A DNA stretch of 64,000 nucleotides from an uncultured delta proteobacterium (GCA_963727485.1 CAVSGM010000002.1:128001-192000); one strand, 5' to 3'. Numbered from the stretch's first letter, positions 30,589 to 40,360 are shown. The notes: generated from the letters alone by a model not told the origin. Translations and numbers: made by a program.

Positions 30589-31503
30589 TCAGCCCAGCGC
30601 CGCGTCGGGGCAGGCGCCGCGGAAGTTGCACCGGCTGCAGGCCCGGGGCTCGGCCACCGGGGGGAAGGCGTCCGGGTCGGCGACGTTGCCGGCGACGTCC
30701 ACCAGGCCCGCCTGCATGGTCTCGATGGACCCGCGCATCTCGGCGCGGAAGGCGTCGAGGTCTTCCGGGGCCACCGGGACCTCGACCACCTCGCCCTGGC
30801 CGAGGTAGTGGAGCTCGGCGCGGACGGTGGCCGGGTCGACGTCCCACTTGTCCTCGGCGAAGAGGGTGTAGCCCCGGACCTGGGAGCGGTCCTTGTCGCG
30901 CGGCTTGCCGGTCTTCCAGTCGAGGAGGCGGACGGTGCCCTCGCCGGTGCGGAAGGCGAAGTCGGGGGCGACGTAGATCTTGGTGCCCTCGAAGTCGAAG
31001 GTGTCGAGGGCGTCGATGGGGAACCAGTGATCGGGGCCGGCGTCGAGGATGTCCTCGAGCACCTGCGCCTCGTAGAAGAACTCGAGGCACCGCCTGGCGT
31101 GGGCCCAGTTGTCGGCCCACTCGGTGTCGTCGATGGGCTCGTCGTAGGCGTGCTCCACCAGGCCGAGCGCCTTGCGGCGCTGCCAGGCGCCCTCGCGGGA
31201 CTCCTTGAAGCCCTGGCGCATGCGCTCGTGCATCCGGCCCACGGCGGCGCCCACGTCGGGGAGCTCGGCCCCGCGGCGCACCCGGTCGAGGGCCCAGGCG
31301 ATGGTGTCGTGGACCTCGGTGCCCGCCCAGGCCTTGCGGCTGGTGAGCTTCTTGAGGCGCCAGAGCGTCTTGATCTCCGGTGGGGCGCCGGCCTCCCAGC
31401 CACCCCAGGAGGCGTAGTAGTGGAAGTAGTAGGCCCGTGGGCAGTCGTTGAGCTTGGCCGCCCGGGACATGGACCAGGAGAAGTCGTTGGTGAAGTCCGC
31501 CAT
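30589..31503 (-). CDS. PD-(D/E)XK nuclease, Cas4/AddB/RecB-like, with a probable Fe-S cysteine set
   Basis: DCPRAYY, G..VH, PDF, LDWKTG, Q...Y and C-terminal CSRCNFRGAC. Confidence 0.87.
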   Translation of the reverse strand: MADFTNDFSWSMSRAAKLNDCPRAYYFHYYASWGGWEAGAPPEIKTLWRLKKLTSRKAWAGTEVHDTIAWALDRVRRGAELPDVGAAVGRMHERMRQGFKESREGAWQRRKALGLVEHAYDEPIDDTEWADNWAHARRCLEFFYEAQVLEDILDAGPDHWFPIDALDTFDFEGTKIYVAPDFAFRTGEGTVRLLDWKTGKPRDKDRSQVRGYTLFAEDKWDVDPATVRAELHYLGQGEVVEVPVAPEDLDAFRAEMRGSIETMQAGLVDVAGNVADPDAFPPVAEPRACSRCNFRGACPDAALG

Positions 31504-31611
31504 CGCGGATCGGCATAGCACAGGGGTCCGACACCGGGCAGCCGGCCGGGCTGACCTGGATCAGTGTCCCGCCGGGGGGAAGCCGGTAGGGCTTGGAGAC
31601 TGGAGGTCGTC

Positions 31612-32288
31612 ATGACGCGACGTGCGCTCGAGATTCTCGCCGTGGCCCTGGTGTTCACCGCGTGCAGCCAGAAGGCCGAGGCGCCCACGGCCCCGCCCGC
31701 GAAGCCCGCCGCCGAGGCGCCGGCGGAGGCCGCGCCGGCGAAGCCCGAGGCCGCAGCCCGGCGCCGAGGCCGCCCGAAGCGCCGAGGCCAGGCCCGCCGC
31801 CGAGGCCGGCCCCAAGGCCGAGGCCAGGCCCGCCGCGAAGCCGGCGCCCAAGGCCGAGGCCAGGCCCGCCGCGAAGCCGGCGCCCAAGGCCGAGGCGAAG
31901 CCCGCCGCAGCGCCCGGGACCGAGATCGCCAAGGCCGAGGCCGCCCCGGCGCCGGCGGCCAGGCCCGCCCCGACCCCCAAGGCCGCCCCGGCGCCCGCGG
32001 GGCCGACCCCGGCCGAGATTCGCCGCCGGCGAGGCCGTGTGGAAGAAGCGCTGCCACCTCTGCCACCGGGACGGCACCCGGACGAAGTTCCTGTCCCACT
32101 CCATGCCGAACCTCACCACCGCGGCCTTCCAGGAGGGCATCACCGACGCCCAGCTCGAGACCCGGATCGCCGACGGCTACGGCAAGCCCAAGCCCGACGG
32201 GAAGACGCCGATGCCCGCGTTCCGCCACAAGCTCTCCAAGGACGAGCTGAAGGCGGTCGTGGCCTACGTCCGGTCCCTGCGCAAGTAG
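31612..32288 (+). CDS. monoheme c-type cytochrome lipoprotein with a long Pro/Ala/Lys/Glu linker; two apparent frameshifts (~31755 and 32017-32021)
   Basis: Lipobox VFTAC, then CHLCH, distal Met in MPAF and VVAYVRSL. The pieces lie in three successive frames. Confidence 0.85.
31811..31908 (+). repeat. 36-bp tandem repeat (PKAEARPAAKPA), two copies plus a partial third
   Basis: cccaaggccgaggccaggcccgccgcgaagccggcg at 31811 and 31847, partial copy at 31883. Confidence 0.85.
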
Positions 32289-32352
32289 GGCGCCGTCCGG
32301 GTCGCCGCCGGGCGCTTGCAGCGCGTCCGCCGGCTGGGGGACCCTCGGGACC

Positions 32353-33478
32353 ATGGGCACCCGGATCCTCGGCGCCGCCGCCGCCCTGGCCCTCGTCGCC
32401 GGCTGCGCCCCGCCGGTCTACCTGGCGCCCCGGGCCGGCACCGTGCCCCTGGCGGCCACCTCGCCCGCCGCCGCCGCGACCCCGGCCCCAGGGGCCCCGA
32501 CCCTCGCCGTCCGCCTCCTCGTCGACGACCGCCCGGCGACCGAGCGCGCCCCCGCCTCGGGCTACATCCGCGACGGCTACGGCTGGACCGGTGACGCCCA
32601 CACCCGGGACGACCGCTGGCGCGCGCCGGTGCGACGCCTCGCCACCGAGGCCCTGGCCCGGGCGCTGGCCGCCACCGGGCGCTTTGCCCGGGTCCAGGTG
32701 GTCGCCGGCGCCGCCCACCCAAACGTCGACTACGTCCTCACCGGCCGCCTCCGGCGCCTCCGGGGCTGGAATCCGCTACCACGTGGAGCGCGGCACCCCG
32801 GCGCAGGTCCGGGAGCGCCTCGGCGACGTGTTCGTGGACCGGGTGGAGATCGTCGCGCGGCGCACCGGGCGCCTCGCCTTCGTCGGCGAGGCCGGGGCCC
32901 TCCTCGACGACCGGAAGGCGACGGTGGATCCCTACGCCGCCGCGCGCCTGGCCTTCCACCGGGCCCTCGCCGGCCTCGCCCGGCGTGTCGCCGCCGCCGA
33001 CCTCGCCCACGCCCACCTGGCGCGCCGGGTCCACCTCGACCCCGCGGCCCGGGGCGACGCCGCCGCGCTCCTGGACGCCCTGCCCCCGGGGTGGCACGGC
33101 CGGCGCCGGGGCCCGGGGCGCCCGCCGGGGTGGATCGGCGCCCCGGGGTGCGCCCACCTGCGCCTCGAGGACGGGACCCGGCGCTTCTACAACCCGAGCC
33201 TCGGGACCTACGCGCCGCGCATCGACCTGTGGCGCTGCCCCGCGGCCTTCCGCGGCCACACCGATCTCTCGGGCCCAAACGCCGCGGCGTACCCGGCGGA
33301 GCTCCTCGGCGTGGGCCACGCCGGCGCGGCCTGGCTCATCCGGGGCCTGGGCGAGACCTCCTGGCCCGATGCCCGCCCGGCGCTCCGGCGCTTCCTGGGC
33401 CTCGCCGCGCCGCCCCCGGGCCTGCCGGTCCTCCGCCTGCCCCTTCAGGGCCGGGCCGGCGGCGCCCCCAGCAGGTAG
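32353..33478 (+). CDS. hypothetical lipoprotein, frameshifted at ~32769-32773
   Basis: Lipobox LALVAGC. GAATC to GATC joins RLRGW to IRYHVERG, which runs on to the stop at 33478. Confidence 0.7.
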
Positions 33479-34653
33479 AAGCTGTAGGTGAGCCCCGCCT
33501 GGACCGTCCAGGGGTTGTTCGAGGCGGTGAGGACCCGGGTCACCGAGGCGTCGAAGACGAGGTTCGACTGCGCGGTCCAGGTGAGCCCGGCGTCGGCGAC
33601 GGCGGTGGGCCCGCCGGAGGTGGGCAGGAGGCCGTAGACCTCGCCGAAGATCCCCAGGCCGCCCAAGAGGCTCGCCGAGAGGGTCGCCACCGGGTCCGCC
33701 TCGAAGACGTACTGCCCCGGCCCGATCCAGGTGCCCTGGACCACCACGTTGGCGTCGAGCTCGAAGCGGCTGGCGAAGGGCAGGGTGGCGACGAGCACCG
33801 CGCCGATGCCGTTGGCCTGTGCCGCCGGCGGGGTGGCCACCGAGAGGTAGGGCTCGATGGCCAGGCCCGGTCGCCCGGGCTCGGGGTCCACCAGGGTGGT
33901 CTTGAAGATGAGCTGGAGCAGGCCCCCGGGGCTCCCGGTGAAGGTCTCACCCCAGCCGATGCGCGCGTCGTAGTGGTCGGCGATGCCGTACTTGAACAGC
34001 GTCGAGAGGCCCCAGGCGCCGTTGCTGGTGGCGAAGGGGCCCGGGGTGTAGACGCCGCCCGCCTCGATCTCCAGGGCCCCGGGCTCGGTGGTCACCGCGT
34101 TGTCCGAGAAGGTCGGCCGGGCCGGGTTCGCCGTGGGGCGCGTCGGGGGCTTGGGGGTGGTGGCTGGGGTCGCCGGGCCCGTGGCCGGGGGCTCGGGGGC
34201 CCGCGGCGGGGGCACCAGGCCGGTGCGCTCGGGGTGGGTGCCCGGCGGCGGGGCCGCTGGCGGCGTGGGCGCGGTGGCCTTGGGGCCGAGGGTCACTCCG
34301 GCCTGGGGATCGAAGTGCAGGGGCAGGTCGAACTGGCCGCCGCTCGGGGACCCGGGCATCTGGAGGGTCTCGAGGGCGCCCTTCACGCACGCCACGAGCG
34401 GGGGGTCGCCGGTGGTGTCCCGGGTGATGGCCAGCTGGTGCACCTTGCCCGCGTAGTCGACGATCACCCGGACGTCGACGTCGCCTTCGAGGTCGGCCCG
34501 GACGGCGAGGCGGTCGCGGTAGCAGCCCTCGAGGGCCGCGTGGGCCTCGCCGAGGGCCTGGGTGGCCAGGGGATTTGCGGGCGCGTCGGCGCGAGCCGGG
34601 AGCGTGGGCGCGAGGAGCAGGACGGCCAGGAGGGGGACGAGTCCGGATCGCAT
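33445..34653 (-). CDS. exported fusion: AgmX/PglI (TonB-C-like) domain, Pro-rich linker, and an outer-membrane barrel (COG4313/MetA-like)
   Basis: CY...L.....LEG.V.V and CV...L...P in the N-part; RPTFSDNAVTT.PG.LEIEAG followed by amphipathic strands ending AGLTYSF. Confidence 0.7.
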   Translation of the reverse strand: MRSGLVPLLAVLLLAPTLPARADAPANPLATQALGEAHAALEGCYRDRLAVRADLEGDVDVRVIVDYAGKVHQLAITRDTTGDPPLVACVKGALETLQMPGSPSGGQFDLPLHFDPQAGVTLGPKATAPTPPAAPPPGTHPERTGLVPPPRAPEPPATGPATPATTPKPPTRPTANPARPTFSDNAVTTEPGALEIEAGGVYTPGPFATSNGAWGLSTLFKYGIADHYDARIGWGETFTGSPGGLLQLIFKTTLVDPEPGRPGLAIEPYLSVATPPAAQANGIGAVLVATLPFASRFELDANVVVQGTWIGPGQYVFEADPVATLSASLLGGLGIFGEVYGLLPTSGGPTAVADAGLTWTAQSNLVFDASVTRVLTASNNPWTVQAGLTYSFYLLGAPPARP

Positions 34654-34738
34654 GGCGACACTGTATACAAACGGGGCCGCAGGTCACGGGCCCGTGGTGG
34701 TGGCGGCGCGGCGCCGTTGGCGGTATCCCAGGGCTGCC

Positions 34739-34966
34739 ATGTGGGCCGTCATGTGGGTCATCTTCATTGCCGTCGCCATCACCGTGGTGGTCGCGGTCTA
34801 CGCCGTCGGGCGCTTCGCCCTCCAGACCCTGCGCAACGCGCGGGCGGAGGAGGCCGAGGCCCTCGCGCGCCGACAGGCCCGGCGGGCGGCGGCGCGGAAG
34901 GCCCGGGAGGCCCGGGAGGCCGCCGGGACCGGGGCCGGGGCCGACACGGACGCCCCGGGGCGGTAG
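34739..34966 (+). CDS. small membrane protein
   Basis: One hydrophobic helix (MWVIFIAVAITVVVAVYAVG) then a charged helix; ends 9 bp before the hydrolase. Confidence 0.6.
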   Translation: MWAVMWVIFIAVAITVVVAVYAVGRFALQTLRNARAEEAEALARRQARRAAARKAREAREAAGTGAGADTDAPGR

Positions 34967-34975
34967 GATCGCCCG

Positions 34976-35869
34976 ATGCACTTCGAGAGCTTCCGCGCTG
35001 AAGACGGCACCCTCCTCGCCGCCCACCACACCGGCGACGGCGACCTGCCGGTGGTCCTCGCCAACGGCCTCGGGGGCACCTTCACCGCCTGGATGCCCCT
35101 GGTCGACCGCTTCCGCGACCGGTGCCGCTTCTACTCCTGGGACTACCGGGGCCTCTACCGCTCCGGGGCGCCGAAGGTGCCCCAGAACCTCGGCGTCGAG
35201 ACCCACGCCCGGGACCTGCTCCGCCTCCTCGACCACTTCGGGATCGAGCAGGCGGTCCTCGCCGGGTGGTCCATGGGGGTGCAGGTGGCCCTCGAGCTCC
35301 ACCGGCACCACGCCGACCGGATCCAGGGCCTGATCCTGATGAACGGGACCTACGGCGCGCCCTTCGACACGGCGTTCGGGAACCTGCCCACGCGCAAGCT
35401 CCTGCCGCCGTTCTTCCACCTGGGGAAGGCGGTGGCGCCCCTCACCTCGGCCATCGTCCACACCTTCGCCCGGTGGGAGTACACGGTGCCGCTCGCGGCG
35501 CGCGTCCACCTGGTGGATCCGCACATCGACGCCGGGGCCTTCTACGGGGTGGCGCGGGAGTTCGCCCACCTCGACATGGACACGTATCTCGAAATAATGC
35601 TCCGCCTCGGCGACCACGACGCCGGCGACGTGCTCTCGGACGTGGAGGTGCCGGCGCTCATCATCGCCGGCGACCGGGACATCATGACCCCCAAGGCGGT
35701 CACCGAGCGGATGCTCCACGAGATGGCCCGGGCGGAGCTCTTCGTGGTGCCTCGGGGCACCCACTACTGTCTGCTCGAGTACCCGGAGCTGGTGACGCTG
35801 CGGGTGGAGAAGTTCCTCCGGGACCACTATGGTCTTCCGCCGGAAGACCTGGAAAAGAAGCGCGCCTGA
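34976..35869 (+). CDS. alpha/beta hydrolase
   Basis: NGLGG, WDYRG, nucleophile motif GWSMG, GDRD and GTH. Confidence 0.9.
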   Translation: MHFESFRAEDGTLLAAHHTGDGDLPVVLANGLGGTFTAWMPLVDRFRDRCRFYSWDYRGLYRSGAPKVPQNLGVETHARDLLRLLDHFGIEQAVLAGWSMGVQVALELHRHHADRIQGLILMNGTYGAPFDTAFGNLPTRKLLPPFFHLGKAVAPLTSAIVHTFARWEYTVPLAARVHLVDPHIDAGAFYGVAREFAHLDMDTYLEIMLRLGDHDAGDVLSDVEVPALIIAGDRDIMTPKAVTERMLHEMARAELFVVPRGTHYCLLEYPELVTLRVEKFLRDHYGLPPEDLEKKRA

Positions 35870-35911
35870 GAGCGGCGCCAGGCGGGCCGACGGGCCCGCG
35901 AGGGAGCGAGC

Positions 35912-37564
35912 ATGGGTTACATCCACGGCGGCAAGGTGGTCGCCAAGGCCCTGAAGAACGAGGGCGTCAGCCACCTGTTCACCCTCTGCGGGGGGCACAT
36001 CCAGTCCATCTACGACGGCTGCGTCGACGAGGGCATCCGGGTGGTCGACACCCGCCACGAGCAGACCGCGGCCCACGCCGCCGACGGCTGGGCGCGGATC
36101 ACCGGCGAGCCCGGGGTCGCCGCGGTCACCGCCGGGCCGGGGGTCACCGACGCGGTGACCGGGGTCGCCAACGCCTACCGGGCCCAGGTGCCCATGGTGA
36201 TCATCGGCGGCCAGGGGCCCCGGATGTTCGCCGACATGGGCTCGCTCCAGGACATGAACCACGTGGAGCTGATGCGCCCCATCACCAAGTGGTCGGTGAG
36301 CGTCCCCGACAAGGCGCGCCTCGGCGAGTACCTCCAGAGCGCCTTCCGGGTCGCCACCCAGGGGGTCCCCGGGCCGGTGTTCCTGGAGATGCCCCTCGAC
36401 CTGCTCATGGACAACGTGAAGGAGGACGACGTGGTCCTCTACCCCAAGTACCGCACCCGGGCGCGGCCCGCCGGCGACCCGGAGGCCCTCGACGCCGCCG
36501 CCGAGCTGCTGCGTGGCGCCGAGCACCCCATGCTCATCGTGGGCGCCCAGCTCCGGTGGTCCCACGACGGGCCCGGGGCGGTGTCGCGGCTCCTCGAGTC
36601 GATGCCCATGCCCACCTTCTTCAACGGCATGGCCCGCGGGGCGCTGCCCATGAGCCACACCTGCGTCTTCGGCCAGGTGCGCAAGAAGGCGCTGGCCAAG
36701 GCCGACGTCATCGTCATCTTCGGCACCCCGCTCGACTTCCGCCTCGGCTACGGCAAGGAGGGCCGGCCCTTCGCCAAGGGCGCCAAGATCATCCAGGTGG
36801 ACCTCGACGGCACCGAGATCGGGCGCAACCGGCCCATCGACGTGGGCATCGTCGGCGACACCGGGCTGGTCCTCGACGGCCTCGCCCGGCGCCTCGAGGG
36901 CACCAGGCAGACCGAGGGCCGCGACGCCTGGATTGCCGAGATCGCCGAGGAGGAGACCAAGAAGATCGCCAAGATGTCGGCGCAGCTCGAGGCGGAGACC
37001 GACCCCCCGAACCCCCTGCGCGTCTGCGCCGAGGTGGACAAGCGCCTCGCCGACGACGCCATCGTGGTCGGCGACGGCGGGGACTTCGTGGCCACGGCGG
37101 CCTACACCCTCCACCTCCACCGGCCCTTCTCGTGGATGGACCCCGGGCCGCTGGGGACGCTCGGTGTGGGCCCCGGCTACGCCATGGCCGCCAAGCTCGC
37201 CCAGCCCGACCGCCAGGTGGTCATCATGTTCGGCGACGGGAGCTTCGGCCTCAACGGCATGGAGGTCGAGGCCATGGTCCGCCAGGGCATCGACGTGAAG
37301 ATGGTCATCGGCAACGACGCCGGGTGGACCCAGATCCGCCGGGGCCAGGTGATGATGTACGGCGAGGAGAAGGCCGTGGCGACCAAGCTCGACTACACCC
37401 GCTACGACGTGGTGGCCCAGGGCCTCGGCGCCCACGGCGAGTACGCCGACACCGTCGCCGACCTCGGGCCCGCCCTCGACCGGGCGTTCGCGGCCAAGGG
37501 GCCCGCGGTGGTCAACGTGAAGATCGGCGAGAGCGACTTCCGGAAGAACGCCATCAGCGTGTGA
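35912..37564 (+). CDS. ThDP-dependent enzyme (acetolactate synthase-like / 2-hydroxyacyl-CoA lyase-like)
   Basis: [31 protein letters not shown] and the ThDP motif GDGS..N. Confidence 0.9.
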   Translation: MGYIHGGKVVAKALKNEGVSHLFTLCGGHIQSIYDGCVDEGIRVVDTRHEQTAAHAADGWARITGEPGVAAVTAGPGVTDAVTGVANAYRAQVPMVIIGGQGPRMFADMGSLQDMNHVELMRPITKWSVSVPDKARLGEYLQSAFRVATQGVPGPVFLEMPLDLLMDNVKEDDVVLYPKYRTRARPAGDPEALDAAAELLRGAEHPMLIVGAQLRWSHDGPGAVSRLLESMPMPTFFNGMARGALPMSHTCVFGQVRKKALAKADVIVIFGTPLDFRLGYGKEGRPFAKGAKIIQVDLDGTEIGRNRPIDVGIVGDTGLVLDGLARRLEGTRQTEGRDAWIAEIAEEETKKIAKMSAQLEAETDPPNPLRVCAEVDKRLADDAIVVGDGGDFVATAAYTLHLHRPFSWMDPGPLGTLGVGPGYAMAAKLAQPDRQVVIMFGDGSFGLNGMEVEAMVRQGIDVKMVIGNDAGWTQIRRGQVMMYGEEKAVATKLDYTRYDVVAQGLGAHGEYADTVADLGPALDRAFAAKGPAVVNVKIGESDFRKNAISV

Positions 37565-37792
37565 GGCGCAGGGTGTTCTCTCGGCGCGTGGGCGGGGTCG
37601 ATGGTTTCCGTCGACCCACGCCGAACGGCGTCCAAATCGAGCGCCAGGAGACGGCGAGTTGTCGAGACAGGGCTCTGCGGGGGCACCTCCTCGACCCCAC
37701 CTTCACCACCGCCTTGCTCGACCCGGCCTCGTTGCGCCCTCGGCGGCCACGGTGTGGCGGCCGGCCCCGACGCGGACGAGGCAGGGCACCAA

Positions 37793-37924
37793 TGTTCATT
37801 ACACCGCGCATATTGGGCAATTGCGTACAGCTAGATGGACAGGTAGTTGACGGGAAACCTCGATCTGGTGCATGATGTTCGATAAGTTGGACGCTCACGG
37901 ATGTTGTGTCCATCAAGCTGAACA
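37793..37924 (+). promoter_or_regulatory. hipBA-type promoter with four 18-bp operator-like boxes
   Basis: Boxes at 37793, 37824, 37876 and 37907 resemble TGT(T/C)C-N8-G(G/A)ACA. TTGACG at 37847 and CATGAT at 37871 lie between the two pairs. Confidence 0.65.
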
Positions 37925-37937
37925 AAGCCGGTTCCCC

Positions 37938-38270
37938 ATGAAGCGCAAGAGAACCTACTCAAAGGTCACGCGACAGGCCTTGTCGATCCTCGGCAAGCTG
38001 ATCCGCGTTGGTCGCTCCGAGCGTGGCATGACCGCCCAGGACCTTGCCGACCGCGCCGGCATCAGCCGCACGACGCTGTACAACATCGAGAAGGGCGCAC
38101 CCGGCCCCGAGGTCGGCACTGTCTTTGAGGTCGCCGCACTGGTGGGTATCCGCTTGTTCGGCCTCGATGACCGGACGCTGGCCATGCATGACGCTCGTCT
38201 CGATGAAAAGCTGACGTTGCTGCCGAAGCGCGTTCGATCGTCCCGACGGAAGGTCGATGATGACTTCTAA
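37938..38270 (+). CDS. XRE-family HTH antitoxin (HipB-like)
   Basis: MTAQDLADRAGISRTTLYNIEKG; overlaps the hipA start. Confidence 0.88.
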   Translation: MKRKRTYSKVTRQALSILGKLIRVGRSERGMTAQDLADRAGISRTTLYNIEKGAPGPEVGTVFEVAALVGIRLFGLDDRTLAMHDARLDEKLTLLPKRVRSSRRKVDDDF

Positions 38271-39591
38271 ACCTACGCCGCAGAGGGAGGCCTATGTCTG
38301 GATTTGGCTTCCGGGGGAGACGGAACCAGTTGTCGCCGGTCGCGTCAGCCAAGACGATGGGGAAGGTCCTGTTCCCTTCAACTATGGCACCAGCTACCTG
38401 AATCGGAAGGACGCGATCCCGATCTACGAGCCGGAGCTCCCGCTCCGTCGCGGCTTGATCGAACCGGCCGCCGGCCTGTCCATGGCCGGTTGCATTCGTG
38501 ACGGCTCACCTGATGCCTGGGGCCGCAGGGTCATCATCAACCGTCTGGTGGGGGCCAGGGCTGCCAAGCCCGAAGACGGTGACATCACCGAGCTTACGTA
38601 CCTCCTTGAATCGGGCTCGGACCGGATCGGCGCGCTCGACTTTCAGGAATCCGCCACGGAGTACGTTCCGCGTCTCAAAGCAGAGGCATCCTATGAGGAA
38701 CTGCTCGAAGCCGCCGAACGGGTCGAGAAGGGCGTTGCGCTGACGCCCGCCCTCGACCAGGCCTTGAACCACGGCACATCGATCGGCGGCGCCCGCCCGA
38801 AGGTGTTGATCGACCATGGCGATAGCAAACTGATCGCCAAGTTCTCGTCGAGCACGGACCTTTACAGCGTCGTGAAGGCTGAATTCATCGCCATGAAGCT
38901 GGCCGCCGCCTGCGGCCTCGATGTCGCCCCTGTCTCGATGACCGCGGCTGCAGGCAAGGACGTGCTCCTGATCGAACGCTTCGACCGCGTCAAGGAAGAT
39001 GGTGGCTGGCAACGCAGAGCAATGGTTTCAGCTCTGACGATGCTCGGGTTGGACGAAATGATGGCACGCTACGCCTCGTATGAAGAACTTGCCGAGATCA
39101 TCCGCCACCGCTTCACCGACCCCAAGGAAACGCTTCGAGAGCTCTTCGGCCGGATCGTATTCAACATCCTTTGCGGCAACACGGACGACCATGCCCGCAA
39201 CCATGCCGCCTTCTGGGACGGCAAGATGCTCGCCCTCACCCCTGCCTATGACATCTGCCCGCAAGGCAGAACGGGCAACGAGGCGACACAGGCCATGCTC
39301 ATCAAAGGCGAGGACCGCATGAGCACGCTTGTCAGCTGCCTCGCGGCTGCACCCGACTTCCTGCTCGCCGAAGACGACGCAGAGACCATCATCGAAGACC
39401 AGATCTCGACGATCGCCGGCGAATGGGATGCCATTTGCGACCACGCCAAGCTGACCGGAACTGACAAGAGTTTCTTCAGCGGCCGCCAATTTCTCAATCC
39501 GTACTGCATCGAAGGGCTGGACGGTCACGAGGCCTTGGAGGACGCGTTTCTCGCTGCGCGGAATGCAATGAACGCGGGTGGAGACGCCTGA
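38257..39591 (+). CDS. hipA: HipA-family kinase toxin
   Basis: PDAWGR, SIGGARPK, IAKF, ERFDR, GNTDDHARNH and LTPAYD. Confidence 0.93.
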   Translation: MMTSKPTPQREAYVWIWLPGETEPVVAGRVSQDDGEGPVPFNYGTSYLNRKDAIPIYEPELPLRRGLIEPAAGLSMAGCIRDGSPDAWGRRVIINRLVGARAAKPEDGDITELTYLLESGSDRIGALDFQESATEYVPRLKAEASYEELLEAAERVEKGVALTPALDQALNHGTSIGGARPKVLIDHGDSKLIAKFSSSTDLYSVVKAEFIAMKLAAACGLDVAPVSMTAAAGKDVLLIERFDRVKEDGGWQRRAMVSALTMLGLDEMMARYASYEELAEIIRHRFTDPKETLRELFGRIVFNILCGNTDDHARNHAAFWDGKMLALTPAYDICPQGRTGNEATQAMLIKGEDRMSTLVSCLAAAPDFLLAEDDAETIIEDQISTIAGEWDAICDHAKLTGTDKSFFSGRQFLNPYCIEGLDGHEALEDAFLAARNAMNAGGDA

Positions 39592-39802
39592 GATACCGGG
39601 TACCGGCCTGCGACGCTGACACGGCCGCCCCAGGCGGCGCAGCGCAGGGGAGCGCCAGGAAGCCGGCTTCGGATGGCCGGGAGAGCTCCGCGAGCTCGCC
39701 GAAGCCCTGGGTAGGGCACGCCTCCATTGTCCGGGGCGGGGCCCGTGGCCACCCTCGGCGGTCGGTCGCCACTGACGGCGGCCGCACGTCAAGGGGGAAG
39801 AC

Positions 39803-40360
39803 ATGCTGCGCCCACTCGCCGTACTCGGCCTCGCCGCCGTCCTCATCGCGCCGGTCCTCGCCCAGGACATGCCCGCCGCCCCCGAGGCGCCGGCCACCCT
39901 GGACAAGGAGAACCCGCTGAAGGCCATGGGGGGCTGGATGCCCCAGGCGGTGAAGAGCCCCGACGTCAAGGGCGTCCGGGCGTTCATCGACCAGGCCTAC
40001 AGGACCGAGGATCCCGAGGCCGAGGCCAACCTGGTCTCGTTCCCGGTGATGATGGTCACCACCGACAAGGACGGCGTCCCGGCGACCATGACCGCGGGCC
40101 GCGCCGAGTACCTCAAGATGATGCAGATGCCCGAGGTCGCCCGTGAGGCCGCGAAGCTGGTCAAGCACGGGCGGGCGCAGCTCACCTGGATCACCGACAC
40201 CCTGGTCTTCGTCCGCACGCCCATGCACGTCCGCTCCGGGGGGAAGACCTGGCGCTGGCACAGCGGCTCCCTGCTCATTCGCGAGAAGGACGGGTGGAAG
40301 GTGAAGGCCATGGTCGAGGGGGGCTACGGCGCGATGATGCCCGGCCAGGCCAACGACTGA
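39803..40360 (+). CDS. exported protein, NTF2/SnoaL-like fold
   Basis: Signal peptide, then FPV and a C-terminal LLIREKDGWKVK strand pattern. Confidence 0.6.
   Translation: MLRPLAVLGLAAVLIAPVLAQDMPAAPEAPATLDKENPLKAMGGWMPQAVKSPDVKGVRAFIDQAYRTEDPEAEANLVSFPVMMVTTDKDGVPATMTAGRAEYLKMMQMPEVAREAAKLVKHGRAQLTWITDTLVFVRTPMHVRSGGKTWRWHSGSLLIREKDGWKVKAMVEGGYGAMMPGQAND

Larger units (their letters stand above)
37790..39600. other. lower-GC, horizontally acquired toxin-antitoxin islet
   Basis: Many A/T-ending codons (gaa, ctt, gtt, aaa) compared with the flanks. No integrase or att repeats seen; boundaries are approximate. Confidence 0.7.

Noticed and set aside
31740..31910. CRISPR-like array near the Cas4-like gene
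   Set aside because: The 36-bp units are contiguous with no spacers and encode a Pro/Ala linker.
6405..33478. Calling the six split genes true pseudogenes or programmed frameshifts
   Set aside because: Both halves look undegraded, there are no slippery heptamers, and the breaks share one motif, which fits a sequencing artefact better.
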